DNA from: Opitutia bacterium
GTDB taxonomy: Bacteria > Verrucomicrobiota > Verrucomicrobiia > Opitutales > JANOBW01
Reading direction: 5' to 3'
DNA length: 55,297 nt
Assembly: GCA_031411855.1 (NCBI GenBank)
Contig: JANOBW010000412.1
Coordinates: forward strand, 1 to 55,297
Shown piece after piece: positions 37,587-49,300 of the stretch (positions are counted from its first letter, which is position 1; every line of letters starts with the position of its first letter). A model generated the notes under the pieces. It saw only the letters and a list, made by a program, of their open reading frames with translations. It did no database searches and was not told the origin of the DNA. The position numbers and the translations under genes are program-made.

Positions 37587-39347
37587 ATGCCTTCTCCCGC
37601 TGCCTTCCGTCCCTCGCTCACCTCTTCACTTCTTCTTTTCCTCACCGCTTCCTGCGTTTGCCCCTGCCTCGTCTCCGCCGATGGCGCCGCCGCTCCCGCC
37701 GCCCTCCCCGCCCCGTCCCCCATCCGTTCCTGGAACCTCGCCCCCATCCGCCTGCTGTGGAAAAGCGACAAAGGCGTTTCCCACGCGGAAAACCTCCTCG
37801 GCCCCAAGCCCGGGCAGGCCGTTTTGAAGGAGTCCAGGCCGCCCTGCGAACTCGCCGCAGGTGGCTCGATCCTGCTCGATTTCGGACGTGAGATCCAGGG
37901 CTCGGTCGAACTGTTTGCCCCCCTTCTGCCCGATAAGAAACCGCGCTCCGTCCGCGTCCGTTTCGGGGAGTCCGCCGCCGAGACCATGGTGGAGCTGGGT
38001 GAGCGCGAGGCCCAGAACGACCACGCCCTGCGCGACAGGACCGTGACCCTCCCCTGGCTCGGCAAAACCACCCTGGGTCCGTCCGGTTTTCGCTTTGTCC
38101 GCATTGATGCCGCCCCCGGCTCGCCCACCGTCCAGCTCTCCGAGGTCCGCGCTGTCTTGCAAATGCGCGACCTCGCTCGCGTCGGCTCGTTCAAGTGCGA
38201 CGACGAGCGCCTCAACCGCATCTGGGAAACCGGCGTTTACACCGTCCAGCTCAACATGCAGGACTACCTCTGGGACGGCGTGAAACGCGACCGCCTCGTC
38301 TGGATCGGCGACATGCACCCGGAGGTCTCCACCATCAACGCCGCCTTCGGCTCCAGCGAGGTCGTGACCCGCAGCCTCGACCTGACCCGCGAGGTCACCC
38401 CCGTGACCGAGTGGATGAACGGCATCAGCAGCTACTCCATGTGGTGGATCCAGATCCATGAGTCCCTCTGGATGCACCACGGCGACAAGGCCTATCTCGT
38501 TCAACAGCAGCCCTATATGACGGCCCTGCTGAAACGCCTCGCCACTTTCGTCGGCCCCGACGGCTCGGAGAAACTCGACGGCATGCGTTTCCTCGACTGG
38601 CCCACCTTTGAGAACAAGGTCGCCGTCCACGAGGGCCTCCAGGCCATGATGACGACCACGATGGAAAGCGGCGCGCGCCTCATGACCACCCTGGGCGACG
38701 CCGACACGGCGAAACTCTGCGCCGACACCGCCGCGAAACTCCGCCGGCACCAGCCCGCCGCCAGCGGACGCAAATCCCCCGCCGCCCTCCTGGCCCTGGC
38801 CGGCTTCCGCCCCCCGGCCGAGGTCGCCAAAGTCCTGGCCGCCAACGGCCCCAGCGATGTCTCCACCTTTTACGGCTTCTATATCATCGAGGCCCTGGCC
38901 CAGGCCGGCCAGACCGACACCGCCCTCGACTTCATCTCCCAATACTGGGGCGGCATGTTGGACTTCGGAGCCACCACCTTCTGGGAGGACTTCAACCTCG
39001 ACTGGACCAAAAACGCCGGGCGCATTGACGAGCTCGTCCCCGCCGGAAAGAAGGACCTCCACGGCGACTTTGGCGCCTTCTGCTACCTCGGCTTCAGGCA
39101 CTCCCTCTGCCACGGCTGGGCCTCCGGCCCCACCCCCTGGCTCAGCCGCCATGTCCTTGGCATTGAACCACTTGAACCCGGCTGCGCCAAAGTCCGCGTG
39201 AAACCCGCGCTCGGCCGCCTGAAGTTCGCCGAAGGCTCCTACCCCACGCCGAAAGGCCCCATCACCGTCCGCCACGAGAAACGGCCCGATGGCACGGTGA
39301 AGTCCGTCATCATCGCCCCGCCGGGCATCGAGATCGTCCGCGAGTGA
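37587..39347 (+). CDS. Alpha-L-rhamnosidase (GH78-like)
   Basis: LLDFGRE, SGFRFVRI, WDGVKRDRLVWIGD, GATTFWE, HSLCHGW and PTPKGPI motifs; signal peptide. Confidence 0.9.
   Translation: MPSPAAFRPSLTSSLLLFLTASCVCPCLVSADGAAAPAALPAPSPIRSWNLAPIRLLWKSDKGVSHAENLLGPKPGQAVLKESRPPCELAAGGSILLDFGREIQGSVELFAPLLPDKKPRSVRVRFGESAAETMVELGEREAQNDHALRDRTVTLPWLGKTTLGPSGFRFVRIDAAPGSPTVQLSEVRAVLQMRDLARVGSFKCDDERLNRIWETGVYTVQLNMQDYLWDGVKRDRLVWIGDMHPEVSTINAAFGSSEVVTRSLDLTREVTPVTEWMNGISSYSMWWIQIHESLWMHHGDKAYLVQQQPYMTALLKRLATFVGPDGSEKLDGMRFLDWPTFENKVAVHEGLQAMMTTTMESGARLMTTLGDADTAKLCADTAAKLRRHQPAASGRKSPAALLALAGFRPPAEVAKVLAANGPSDVSTFYGFYIIEALAQAGQTDTALDFISQYWGGMLDFGATTFWEDFNLDWTKNAGRIDELVPAGKKDLHGDFGAFCYLGFRHSLCHGWASGPTPWLSRHVLGIEPLEPGCAKVRVKPALGRLKFAEGSYPTPKGPITVRHEKRPDGTVKSVIIAPPGIEIVRE
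39324..39347 (+). repeat. 24-bp direct repeat, left copy (3' end of GH78 gene)
   Basis: GGCATCGAGATCGTCCGCGAGTGA is identical to 49632-49655. Confidence 0.85.
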
Positions 39348-39627
39348 ACGGATACTATCAAACGAAGTGTTCCGGCCGCGATAATTACTCACTCTGGGTT
39401 TACTGGCCGGTTTTTACGACGCTCGCATAGTCTTGCGACATCCGTTGGAGTTGGCCCAAGCCCGAATGCCCGCACCACTCCCGCCATCAGGTGTGAACTT
39501 CAGGCCTCCGCCGAATAGACAATCGTCGTGGCACGGTGCTACGGTCTGAGCCACACCAAGGTCATGTTGCAACCGTGGCACGATCCTCGCGGTTCCCCAC
39601 CGCGCCCATAACTTCAAAACCACCCTC

Positions 39628-39850
39628 ATACCATTCCGGTCTAGTTTTTTAACTTTAGCCGAATGGATCCTTCGGTTCTGCCGCCCCTCCAGGGCGGTGG
39701 TGATGGTCGGATGATTCCCGGGGTGGCGGCGACAAGCGCCTGACCCCGGGCTAAGCTCAACTGTCCCTCCAGGACAGGCTTTTACGACACCCCGGAGGCG
39801 TTGCCAGAAGGGGTGGCAGCGAAAGTCTAAAAGGTAAGGTGGAATGGTAT
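39628..39850. mobile_element. MITE-like repeat, copy 2 (223 bp, inverted relative to copy 1)
   Basis: Perfect 10-bp TIR ATACCATTCC/GGAATGGTAT; same length as and collinear with 12795-13017. Confidence 0.82.
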
Positions 39851-40350
39851 CATACCCGATCTGGAGGTAGTATTTTCGACCTCTGCCTGGCCCTAGACGA
39901 CCTCACCGGCCCTCCGCCATGAGGTCATTCACAAGAGCCAGTTATCGACTGACAACGGCATGGGATTTCTGACCCGTTGCCTGCTGAGCCAACAGCACTC
40001 CCACCGACGCGCACTTTTTGAAATAACCTTGCGCCGAACTCGAAACCAAACACCACCTAATCAAACCCTAATTCCTAAAACCAACGGGATTAGGTGGAGC
40101 TTTAACGATCGCATCACGGACCTCCTTTTCATACAGACCATTTCAACATCAGCTAGGATCTGGAGCAAATGCTGGAGCGTTGCCGGCAAGTCCATACCCA
40201 CCATCTTCAGCCAAAAGCCCTCCACCACCATTCCCCAGTTGCTACCTTGGCCCCCCGACTCACGCAACCGCACTTCTTCACAAAAAAGAAACAACCACCA
40301 ATGACCTGGCAAGGTGTTGGAAGCCAAACGTTCACAATCACAGGAATTAT

Positions 40351-43300
40351 ATGATTTTCCGTCTTCTTTCCGTAGCACTGATCCATGCAATTTGTTTGGG
40401 TTTTCTGTTTTTGTCCAATGTCCGGGCAGACATCACGGCATCGTTCAACTCCGCCAGCGATGTAGGTGTTGTATCAGCTGGCTACACGGCCTCGGGAACG
40501 GCCAGTTTTTCCCTCAACTTCTCACCTTTGCCCGGCACCGACTTGATGGTGGTTAAAAACACGGAACTTGGGTTCATTAGTGGACGTTTCGACAATCTGG
40601 CCCAAGGGCAGGATCTTGTCCTCACTTATGGAGGAATCAACTATTCCTTCGTGGCCAATTACTACGATGGCACGGGGAACGACCTTGTCCTTGTTTGGAA
40701 ATTCAAAAAGCCGCAGTCCTTGATCAATAATAATTCCGGTCCAGTCCTTGCTACCACTACCGGAGCCCTCTCCGGCAAAACAGTTTTGAGCATGGCCACA
40801 GGCGGGTCCCATTTTCTTGCCCTTTGTTCAGACGGCACCATCGCCGCATGGGGTTCCAATTCTCATGGCCAACTCGGAAACGGAAACACCCTAGTCAGCT
40901 CCGAGCCGGTCGCTGTCACCTCTACCGGAGTTCTTTCCGGAAAAACCATCGTGGCTGTCGCCGCCGGATATTTACACAGTCTGGCCCTCTGCTCGGACGG
41001 CACCGTCGCCGCCTGGGGCATCGCCAATGCTCTGGGCAACAATTCTTCTGGAACATACGCCGTTGCTGAACCAGTTGCAGTAACATCGTCTGGTGCACTC
41101 TCAGGTAAGACTGTTGTTTCTGTGTCCGCCGGTGATACCTTCAGTCTTGCGCTCTGCTCGGACGGCACCCTCGCCGCGTGGGGTTTGAGTTCCTACGGCC
41201 AGCTGGGCAATAACTCTTATTCCTCCAGCGGAGTGCCTGTTGCCGTGACCACCACAGATGCCCTTGCCGGCAAAACCGTCGTTAGTATCTCTGCGGGCCA
41301 ATACCACAGCATGGCTTTGTGCTCGGACGGCTCTGTTTCAACCTGGGGAAGGAATATTTCCGGGCAACTGGGCAACAACACCAAAATCAACAGCACCGTG
41401 CCAGTTGCGGTCGTAAACACCGGCGATCTCTCCGGCAAAACCGTTGTGGCTGTGGCTGCAGGCGAATTACACAGCCTGGCACTGTGTTCGGATGGCACGG
41501 TCTTTTCGTGGGGTAACAACAATAGTGGACAACTTGGAAACGGATCCAAGATTTCGAGTTCGGTGCCCGTCGCTGTCACCACCGCAGGCGTCCTTTCCGG
41601 CAAAACTGTGGTGGCAATTAACGCTGGCAACGCCCGAAGTCTGGCTCTGAGTTCGGATGGTGAGGCTTACATGTGGGGTGGAGGGGTGAGTGAGGTGCCA
41701 GTAGCAGTGTCCTCCATCTCCAAACTTTCCAGTGAAAGATTTGTTAAACTCTCCGTCGGTTCCTTGGGCTCTTTCTCTTTTGTCTTACTTGCCGGACCAC
41801 CAATACCTCAAATAGATGCTCCAACCATAGATACAAAAAGCCCAACGAGCTCTACCTTTGGAGCTAATGTCACCAGTGATTTCGGTAATGCCATCATCGA
41901 GCGTGGTATCGTTTATGCACCCACGGCGATAAACGGTAATCCCACCCTTGGTGGGACGGGAGTAACTAAATTGAGTATAGGTGGCTCTCTCGGCAACTTC
42001 AATGCCGAGGTATCGGGTTTGTCTCCCGGCAACCTCTATAGTATCAGTGCATATGCTTCCAACGCTGCTGGCACCGGCTACTCAAAACCTGTAAGCTTTA
42101 TTCCTTCCCTCGGAAGTGTTGAAAAGACCTTTGGGGACGCTTCGGATGTGGCAGTTACCGTTCAAATCAACGACCCTGTTTTGATTGAAGGTTCGGCTGC
42201 GTTTACCTTAAATTTCTCTCCTCTACCAGGCACTGAGCTGGTGGTTGTCAAAAACACCGGCCTGGGTTTCATCACAGGACGTTACAGCAATCTGGCCCAG
42301 GGACAGGAAGTCATCCTGGACTTCGGTGGTATCAACTACACCTTCGTCGCCCACTACTACGGTGGCACAGGCAACGATCTTGTTCTCGTTTGGAAAAACA
42401 GCCGCCCTATCTCGTGGGGTTGGAATTCTGCGGGACAACTCGGCAATGGTTCCTTTGTCAACAGTTCAGTGCCATTGGCTGTGGTGAATTCAGGAGTGCT
42501 CGCGGGCAAGACCATTGTGGCCTTCGCTTCTGGCTATAGACACACCCTGGCCCTGTGCTCTGATGGCACCGTCGCAGCCTGGGGGGACAACGAATATGGC
42601 CAGCTTGGCAACAGTTCCACCACCGACAGCAGCGTGCCAGTTGCAGTCACTACCTCCGGAGCCCTTGCCGGTAAAACCGTCGTAGCCATCTCTGCCGGGT
42701 ATTACCACAGCCTGGCCCTGTGTTCGGACGGCACCGTCACCACTTGGGGCAGAAACGACTACGGCCAGCTTGGGAACAACTCAATCCCCGCCAGTTTCGT
42801 TCCTGTCACCTTGGCAAATCTTGGCGTCCTTGCCGGTAAAACAGTCGTGGCCATTGCTGCCGGATCTCTCCACAACCTGGCCCTGTGTTCCGACCGCACT
42901 GTTGCTTCCTGGGGTAGAAACGACTATGGTCAACTTGGGAACAACTCCACCACCGACAGCACCGTGCCAGTTGCAGTCCTTGCCGGTAAAACCGTTGCGG
43001 CCATAGCAGCCGGGAGTTCTCACAGTTTCGCTCTGCATTCTGACGGCACCTTGGCTGGCTGGGGGCGTAACGATTACGGCCAGATAGGCAACGATTCCAC
43101 CTCCAATAGTTTGGTGCCGGCAGCCGTTGCGACCGGCACTAACACGGGCACTACCGCCCTTTATCTTAAAACGGTCGTGGCAATTGCCGTTGGTTATGAT
43201 CATACCATCGCCCTGTGTTCGGACGGCACTGTCGCCACTTGGGGAAGCAATTACTACGGTCAGCTTGGCAATAACTCTTCCACCGCCAGCTTGACGCCTG

Positions 43301-46300
43301 TCGCCATCACCACGTCGGGAGTCCTCTCAGGCAAAACGGTCGTGGCCATCTCTGCCGGCTTTACCCATAGCCTCGCCTTGTGTTCGGACGGCAGCGTCGC
43401 TTCCTGGGGCTATGGATTAAATGGCCAGCTTGGGAACAATTCCACCGTCAGCAGTCCCGTGCCTGTCGCCATTAACAACAGCACTTTGACGGTCGGAGAG
43501 CGATTCAACAAAATCACCAGCAGTGCCCGTGCCTCCCTCTCTCTTTCCTTGGCGGCAGCCCCCTTGACACCTGCCTTGTCACTCTTTCCCAAGACAAGCA
43601 ACATCAGTTCCACTGGTGCCACTTTGGGTGGTAATGTCACAAGCGACAACGGCAACGCTATTACCGAACGTGGCTTTGTCTATGCCCCTACGGCCACCAA
43701 CAGCAACCCCGCACTTGGTGGGACGGGCGTGACGAAGCTCACGGTCATGGGCAGCACCGGGGAATTCACCGCCGTGGTCGCCGGTTTGTCCCCTGGGACT
43801 TCCTACAGCTTCAAAGCGTATGCCGTTAACGCCGCAGGCACCGCTTACAGTCAAGCCGGCATCCTGGCCACCTTGGGTCCGGCACCTGTCATAGCCTCCC
43901 CCCCCACCGTTTCCGCAATTTCCGCCCTGGGGGTCACCTTCAGGGGCGAGGTCATCAGCGATGGTGGTTCCACCATCTCCGAACGCGGCGTCGTCCTTGC
44001 CCCCACGGCAACAAACACTAACCCCGTTCTTGGTGGGGTTGCAGTCACCAAGCTCACTGCCGGAAATGGCACTGGAATTTTCACCGTAGAGGCCACCGGC
44101 CTGATACCCGGCACCTCTTACTCTTTCAAAGCCTTCGCCACCAACGCCGCAGGCACCACTTATAGCAGCCTGAGCACCTTCACCCCATCAGTTCAAAGTC
44201 TTTCCAAAGTCTTTGGTGCCTCATCGGAGGTTGGTATCTCACTTGTTTCCTCCACCCCAGTTCAGATTAGCGGCACCGCCTCCCTTTCCCTTAACTTCGC
44301 TCCCCAGCCTGGCACCGAGTTGATGGTGATAAAAAACACCGGTCTTGGCTTCATCTCAGGACGATTTGACAATCTGGCCCATGGCAAGGATGTGATTCTG
44401 TCCTATGGCGGAGTAAACTACTCCTTTGTGGCCAACTACTATGGTGGTTCCGGCAATGATCTAGTCCTCGCCTGGAAAAATATCCATCCGCTCGCCTGGG
44501 GGCTGAATTTTGATGGCCAGCTCGGAAACAATTCCACCTACAACAGCTCACTGCCGGTGGTCGTTACAAAACCTGACGTTCTCTCCGGCAAAACCATGGT
44601 GGGCCTTGCCACCGGCTACTCCCACAGCCTTGGTCTGTGTTCGGACGGCACCGTAGTCGCCTGGGGCAGAAATCAAAACGGCCAGCTTGGAAACAATTTT
44701 CCCGCCGACAGTTTCGTGCCAGTGGCAGTCAACAATACAGGCGTCCTTTCCGGCAAAACGGTTGTGGCCATTGCGGCAGGCTTTTCCCACAATCTTGCTC
44801 TTTGCTCGGATGGCACCATCGCCGCCTGGGGTCTGAATAACCGAGGCCAGCTCGGCAACAACTCCACTGTCGACAGCCCTGTGCCTATAACTGTTGCCGC
44901 CAATGGTGCCCTCACAGGCAAAACCGTCGTTTCTGTAGCCGCCGGTTCCCAACACAGCTTGGCTCTTTGCTCGGACGGAACAATCGCCGCGTGGGGTGGC
45001 AATGATTTTGGCCAGCTCGGCGACAATTCCACCGCTGGCAGTTCTGTGCCCGTTGCCGTCACCACCACAGGCGTGCTTTCTGGCAAAACCGTCGTGACCA
45101 TCTCCGCAGGTTCCTTTCACAGTCTTGCCCTCTGTGCGGACGGCACGGTCGCCACCTGGGGGTTCAACGAGTCCGGCCAGCTTGGCAATAACTCCACCAT
45201 CAGCAGCGCCTTGCCGGTGGCCATTACCAACAACGGTGTGCTTTCCGGCAAAACCGTCGTGGCCATCGCGGCAGGGTTTGCCCACAGCCTTGCCCTGAAA
45301 TCAGACGGCACGGTGGCTTGCTGGGGGCTTAACAGCTCGGGACAGCTTGGCGTCGGTTCCACCACAAACCGTTCCTTGCCCGTTTCAGTTGATGTTTCCG
45401 GCGCCCTTAAAAATAAAACCGTAGTTTCTGTCGCCGCCGGTTATAATCATGCCCTCGTTATCTGCTCCGACGGGACATTGATCTCTTGGGGTAACAACGA
45501 TTACGGCCAGCTTGGCAACGGCACCACGACCTATAGCAGCAGACCCTTGGTCGTCTCCTCTAGCGGATTGGCAACTGGTGAAAGGTTCGCGAAGATGGTC
45601 GTTGGTGCGAGATCCTACCACTCCCTTTCCCTCGTGGCGGAACCTCCCGCTCCAGCCTTGTCGCTCCTCCCCACGTCGGCCAACATATCCAACATCAGTG
45701 CGACTCTTGGGGGCAGCGTTCGCGGCGATGGAGGTTCCCCCGTCATCAAGCGTGGCGTGATCTATGCCGCCACGTCTATAAACAGTGACCCTGTTTTGGG
45801 TGGCACGGGAGTGGCCAAGTCCTCTTCCAGCGGAACGACTGGCGACTTTGCCGTGGATGTCTCCGGTTTGCTCCCCGGCGTCGTATACAGCTTCAAGGCA
45901 TACGCCACGAACGCGGCAGGAACCGCATACTCACAGGCAGGCACCTTTACCACCTTGGGCCCTGCCCCTGCCTTGGCTCCCCCCCCCACGGTAACAAATA
46001 TCTCCTCCCTCAGTGCCACCCTTGGGAGCGATGTCATGAGCATTGGAGCCTCCCCAGTCACAGAACGTGGGCTTATCTACGCGGCCTCTTCGGCAAACGT
46101 AAATCCCATGCTTGGAGGGGCCGGAGTCACCAAGCTCACAGTTAGCGGCGACACCGGAATCTTCACTGTCGTGGCTTCCGGATTGTCTCCCTCCACTTCC
46201 TACAGTTTCAAAGCTTACGCCACAAACGCGAACGGCACCTCCTACACCCAGGTTGGCACCTTCACCACCTTGGGCCAGTATCCTGTGTTCTCTTCTGGCA

Positions 46301-49300
46301 TTCTCCCGAGAGTGGACAATATTACTCCTTTGGGCGCGACCTTAGGGGGTGATGTCTTGAAAGAGGGCGCTTCTTCCATTATCGAACGCGGCTTCGTTTA
46401 TGCCCCCTCTACGGTAAACGACAATCCCTTCCTTGGAGGAATTGGAGTCACCAAGATCACCGTCAGTGGCACTGTGGGAGTCTTTAGCAATGAAGTCATT
46501 GGTTTGTCCCCCGGCACCAACTATAGGTTCAAAGCCTATGCCACCAACGCTGCCGGAACCACCTATGGATCTTCTCGCACTTTTATCACTTTGGGTCCGA
46601 CTCCCCACTTGGAATTAATATCCACAGCGGACAATCTATCCGCTACCAGTGCTTCCCTCAGGGGTGGTGTCATCAGTGATGGTGGTTTCCCCATCACCGA
46701 GCGCGGATTTATCTATGCCCCTTCTGCAAGGAACGGTGATCCTTTGCTGGGAGGCACGGGGGTCAGTATCTTCTCAATCGCTGGTGGCACCGACAGCTTC
46801 TCCTCCATGGTCACCGGTTTGCTCCCTGGCACATCCTACAGTTTCAAAGCCTACTCCACGAACGCCGCAGGCACCACCTACAGCCAGGTGGGCACTTTCA
46901 CCACCACAGGCCCAGCCCCAGTGTTGGTTTCCACACCCACGGCGAATGATTTCACCACATCCAGTGTTACCCTCGGGGGCGAGGTCATTTGGGACAATGG
47001 TTCCACAGTCACCGAGCGTGGCATCGTTCATGCCCCCACGGCAACCAACAGCAACCCCGTCCTTGGTGGGCTAGGTGTCACAAAGCTCTCCGTCAGCGGC
47101 ACCACTGGCGTCTTTACCGCCGAGGTCACCGGCTTGATGCGGGACACATCTTACAGCTTCAAAGCCTTCGCCACCAACGCCGCAGGCACCACTTACACCA
47201 ACTTTGCCACCTTTACACCGTTAATTCAAGACCTCACCAAGACTTTTGGCGCCTCCTCGGAAGTTGGTATCTCCGTTTTTTCCTCCAAACCTGTTTCCAT
47301 CAGCGGCACTGCCTCCCTTTCCCTTAACTTTGTTCCACAGCCAGGCACCGAGTTGGTGGTGACAAAAAATACGGGCCTTGGCTTCATTTCCGGGCGTTTC
47401 GAGAACTTGGCCCAAGGCCAGGATGTGACACTGGTTTACGACGGAATCACTTATTCCTTCGTCGCCAATTATTACGGTGGCTCGGGAAATGATCTCGTCC
47501 TTGTCTGGAAAAACAGACGCCCCTTTGCCTGGGGTGACAACTCATCCGGTCAGATTGGAGACGGCTCCACTGCGGCCAGATCAGTTCCCATCAATGTAAA
47601 CACCACCGGCTATCTCTCCGGCAAAACCGTCGTGGCTGTAGCTGCTGGAACGATCCACAGCCTGGCCCTTTGTTCGGACGGCACGGTCGCAGCCTGGGGT
47701 AACAACTCCAATGGCCAGCTTGGAGACGGTTCCAACACGGCCAGTTCAGTGCCGGTCGCTGTGCACACTGCGGGCGTCCTCTCCGGCAAGACTGTCGTTG
47801 CGGTTGCCGCAGGTTATAACACGAGCTCGGCCCTCTGTTCGGATGGTTCCGTGGTTGCTTGGGGCAGAAATGACTACGGCCAGCTTGGCAACAACTCCCT
47901 CGTCGATCGTGCGGTCCCGGTCGCAGTCACCTCCACGGGTGCGCTTTCCGGCAAAACGTTTGTAGCCATCTCCGTCGGCTACAGGCACAGCCTGGCCCTC
48001 TGTTCGGACGGCACCATCGCTGCCTGGGGCGCCAACTTCTCCGGCCAACTCGGAAACGGTTCTACCGACAACAGTCCCGTGCCGGTCGTGGTAAGTCCCT
48101 CTGGCGTGCTTGCTGGAAGAGCCATCGTTGCCATTTCCGCGGGCGTTAGCCACAATCTTGCCCTCTGTTCGGACGGCACCATCGCCACCTGGGGTGACAA
48201 CTCCTACGGCCAGTTGGGCAACAACTCCACCACAAACAGCCCGGTGCCCGTTGAGGTTTCTGGATCCATTCCCGTCTTTAGCAAAACCCCAGTGGCTATT
48301 TTTGCCGGCGGTGCTCACAGTCACGCACTGTATTCGGATGGAACCGTTGCCTCCTGGGGTTCAAACTCCTATGGCGAGCTCGGAGACAGCTCCACAAGTA
48401 ATAGTTCAGCGCCGGTGGCCGTAAGAATTTCCGGACCTGTTTCCGGAAATCACCCGGTTTTAATCTCCGGAGGTTACAGTCACAGTCTTGCCTTGTGTTC
48501 GGATGGCACTGTCGCGGTTTGGGGAAGTAACTCTAAGGGTCAACTCGGCAACAATTCCGCCTCAGACAGACCCGTGCCAGTCGCGGTTTCTACCAGCGGT
48601 TTGACTACAGGCGAACGCTTCACCCGCATTGCCAGTGGGTCCAGCGCCTATCACTCCCTTGCCTTGGTGGCGTCGTCTCTCGCTCCAGTCGTTTCCACGC
48701 CCACTTTGGATAAAATTAATTCTGGATGGGTTACGTTTGGAGGAAACGTCACCAGCGACAACGGAAATCCCATCACCGAACGAGGCTTCGTTTATGCCCT
48801 CTCAGCAGTGAACAGCAATCCAACCCTCAATGGGGCAGGTGTCAGCAAACTGATCGCCGGTGGCACCACCGGCGTTTTCACTCTAAATGTCACCGGGTTG
48901 ATCACGGAAACTTCCTACAGCTTTAGAGCATACGCCACCAACGCCGCAGGCACCACCTATTCAAGTGTGCCCTCCTTCCTGACACCACCTTTGTCCGACA
49001 CTCTCGCCGACTACCTGGCCGCCGCCGGCATCCCCGTGGCTCAGCGCGGCCCCGACGCCGACCCCGATGGCGACGGCCTCACCAACCTTCTGGAATACGC
49101 CTTGGGTCTTGCACCCAATACCTCAAGCAACAACGGCTTGCCCGACACTGTTTTCGAATCAGGCAACCTCAGCCTCACCTACCGCCAAGCCGTTGGCGAC
49201 GTCAGCTACGTCGTCGAGGTAAGTTCGTTACCTTTCGATACGACAGGCTGGACCAAGGTCGGTGTCAACCAGGGCACACCCGACATCAGTGGTGTCACCA

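Noticed and set aside
39860-40350. Short ORFs upstream of the RCC1 gene and its 57-aa upstream extension
   Set aside because: No recognisable motifs or coding bias; the signal peptide begins at ATG 40351.
40700-48700. Regularly spaced repeats suggesting a CRISPR array or DGR template/variable repeats
   Set aside because: These are in-frame RCC1 blade codons with synonymous variation. No cas or reverse transcriptase gene and no adenine-specific pattern was noticed.
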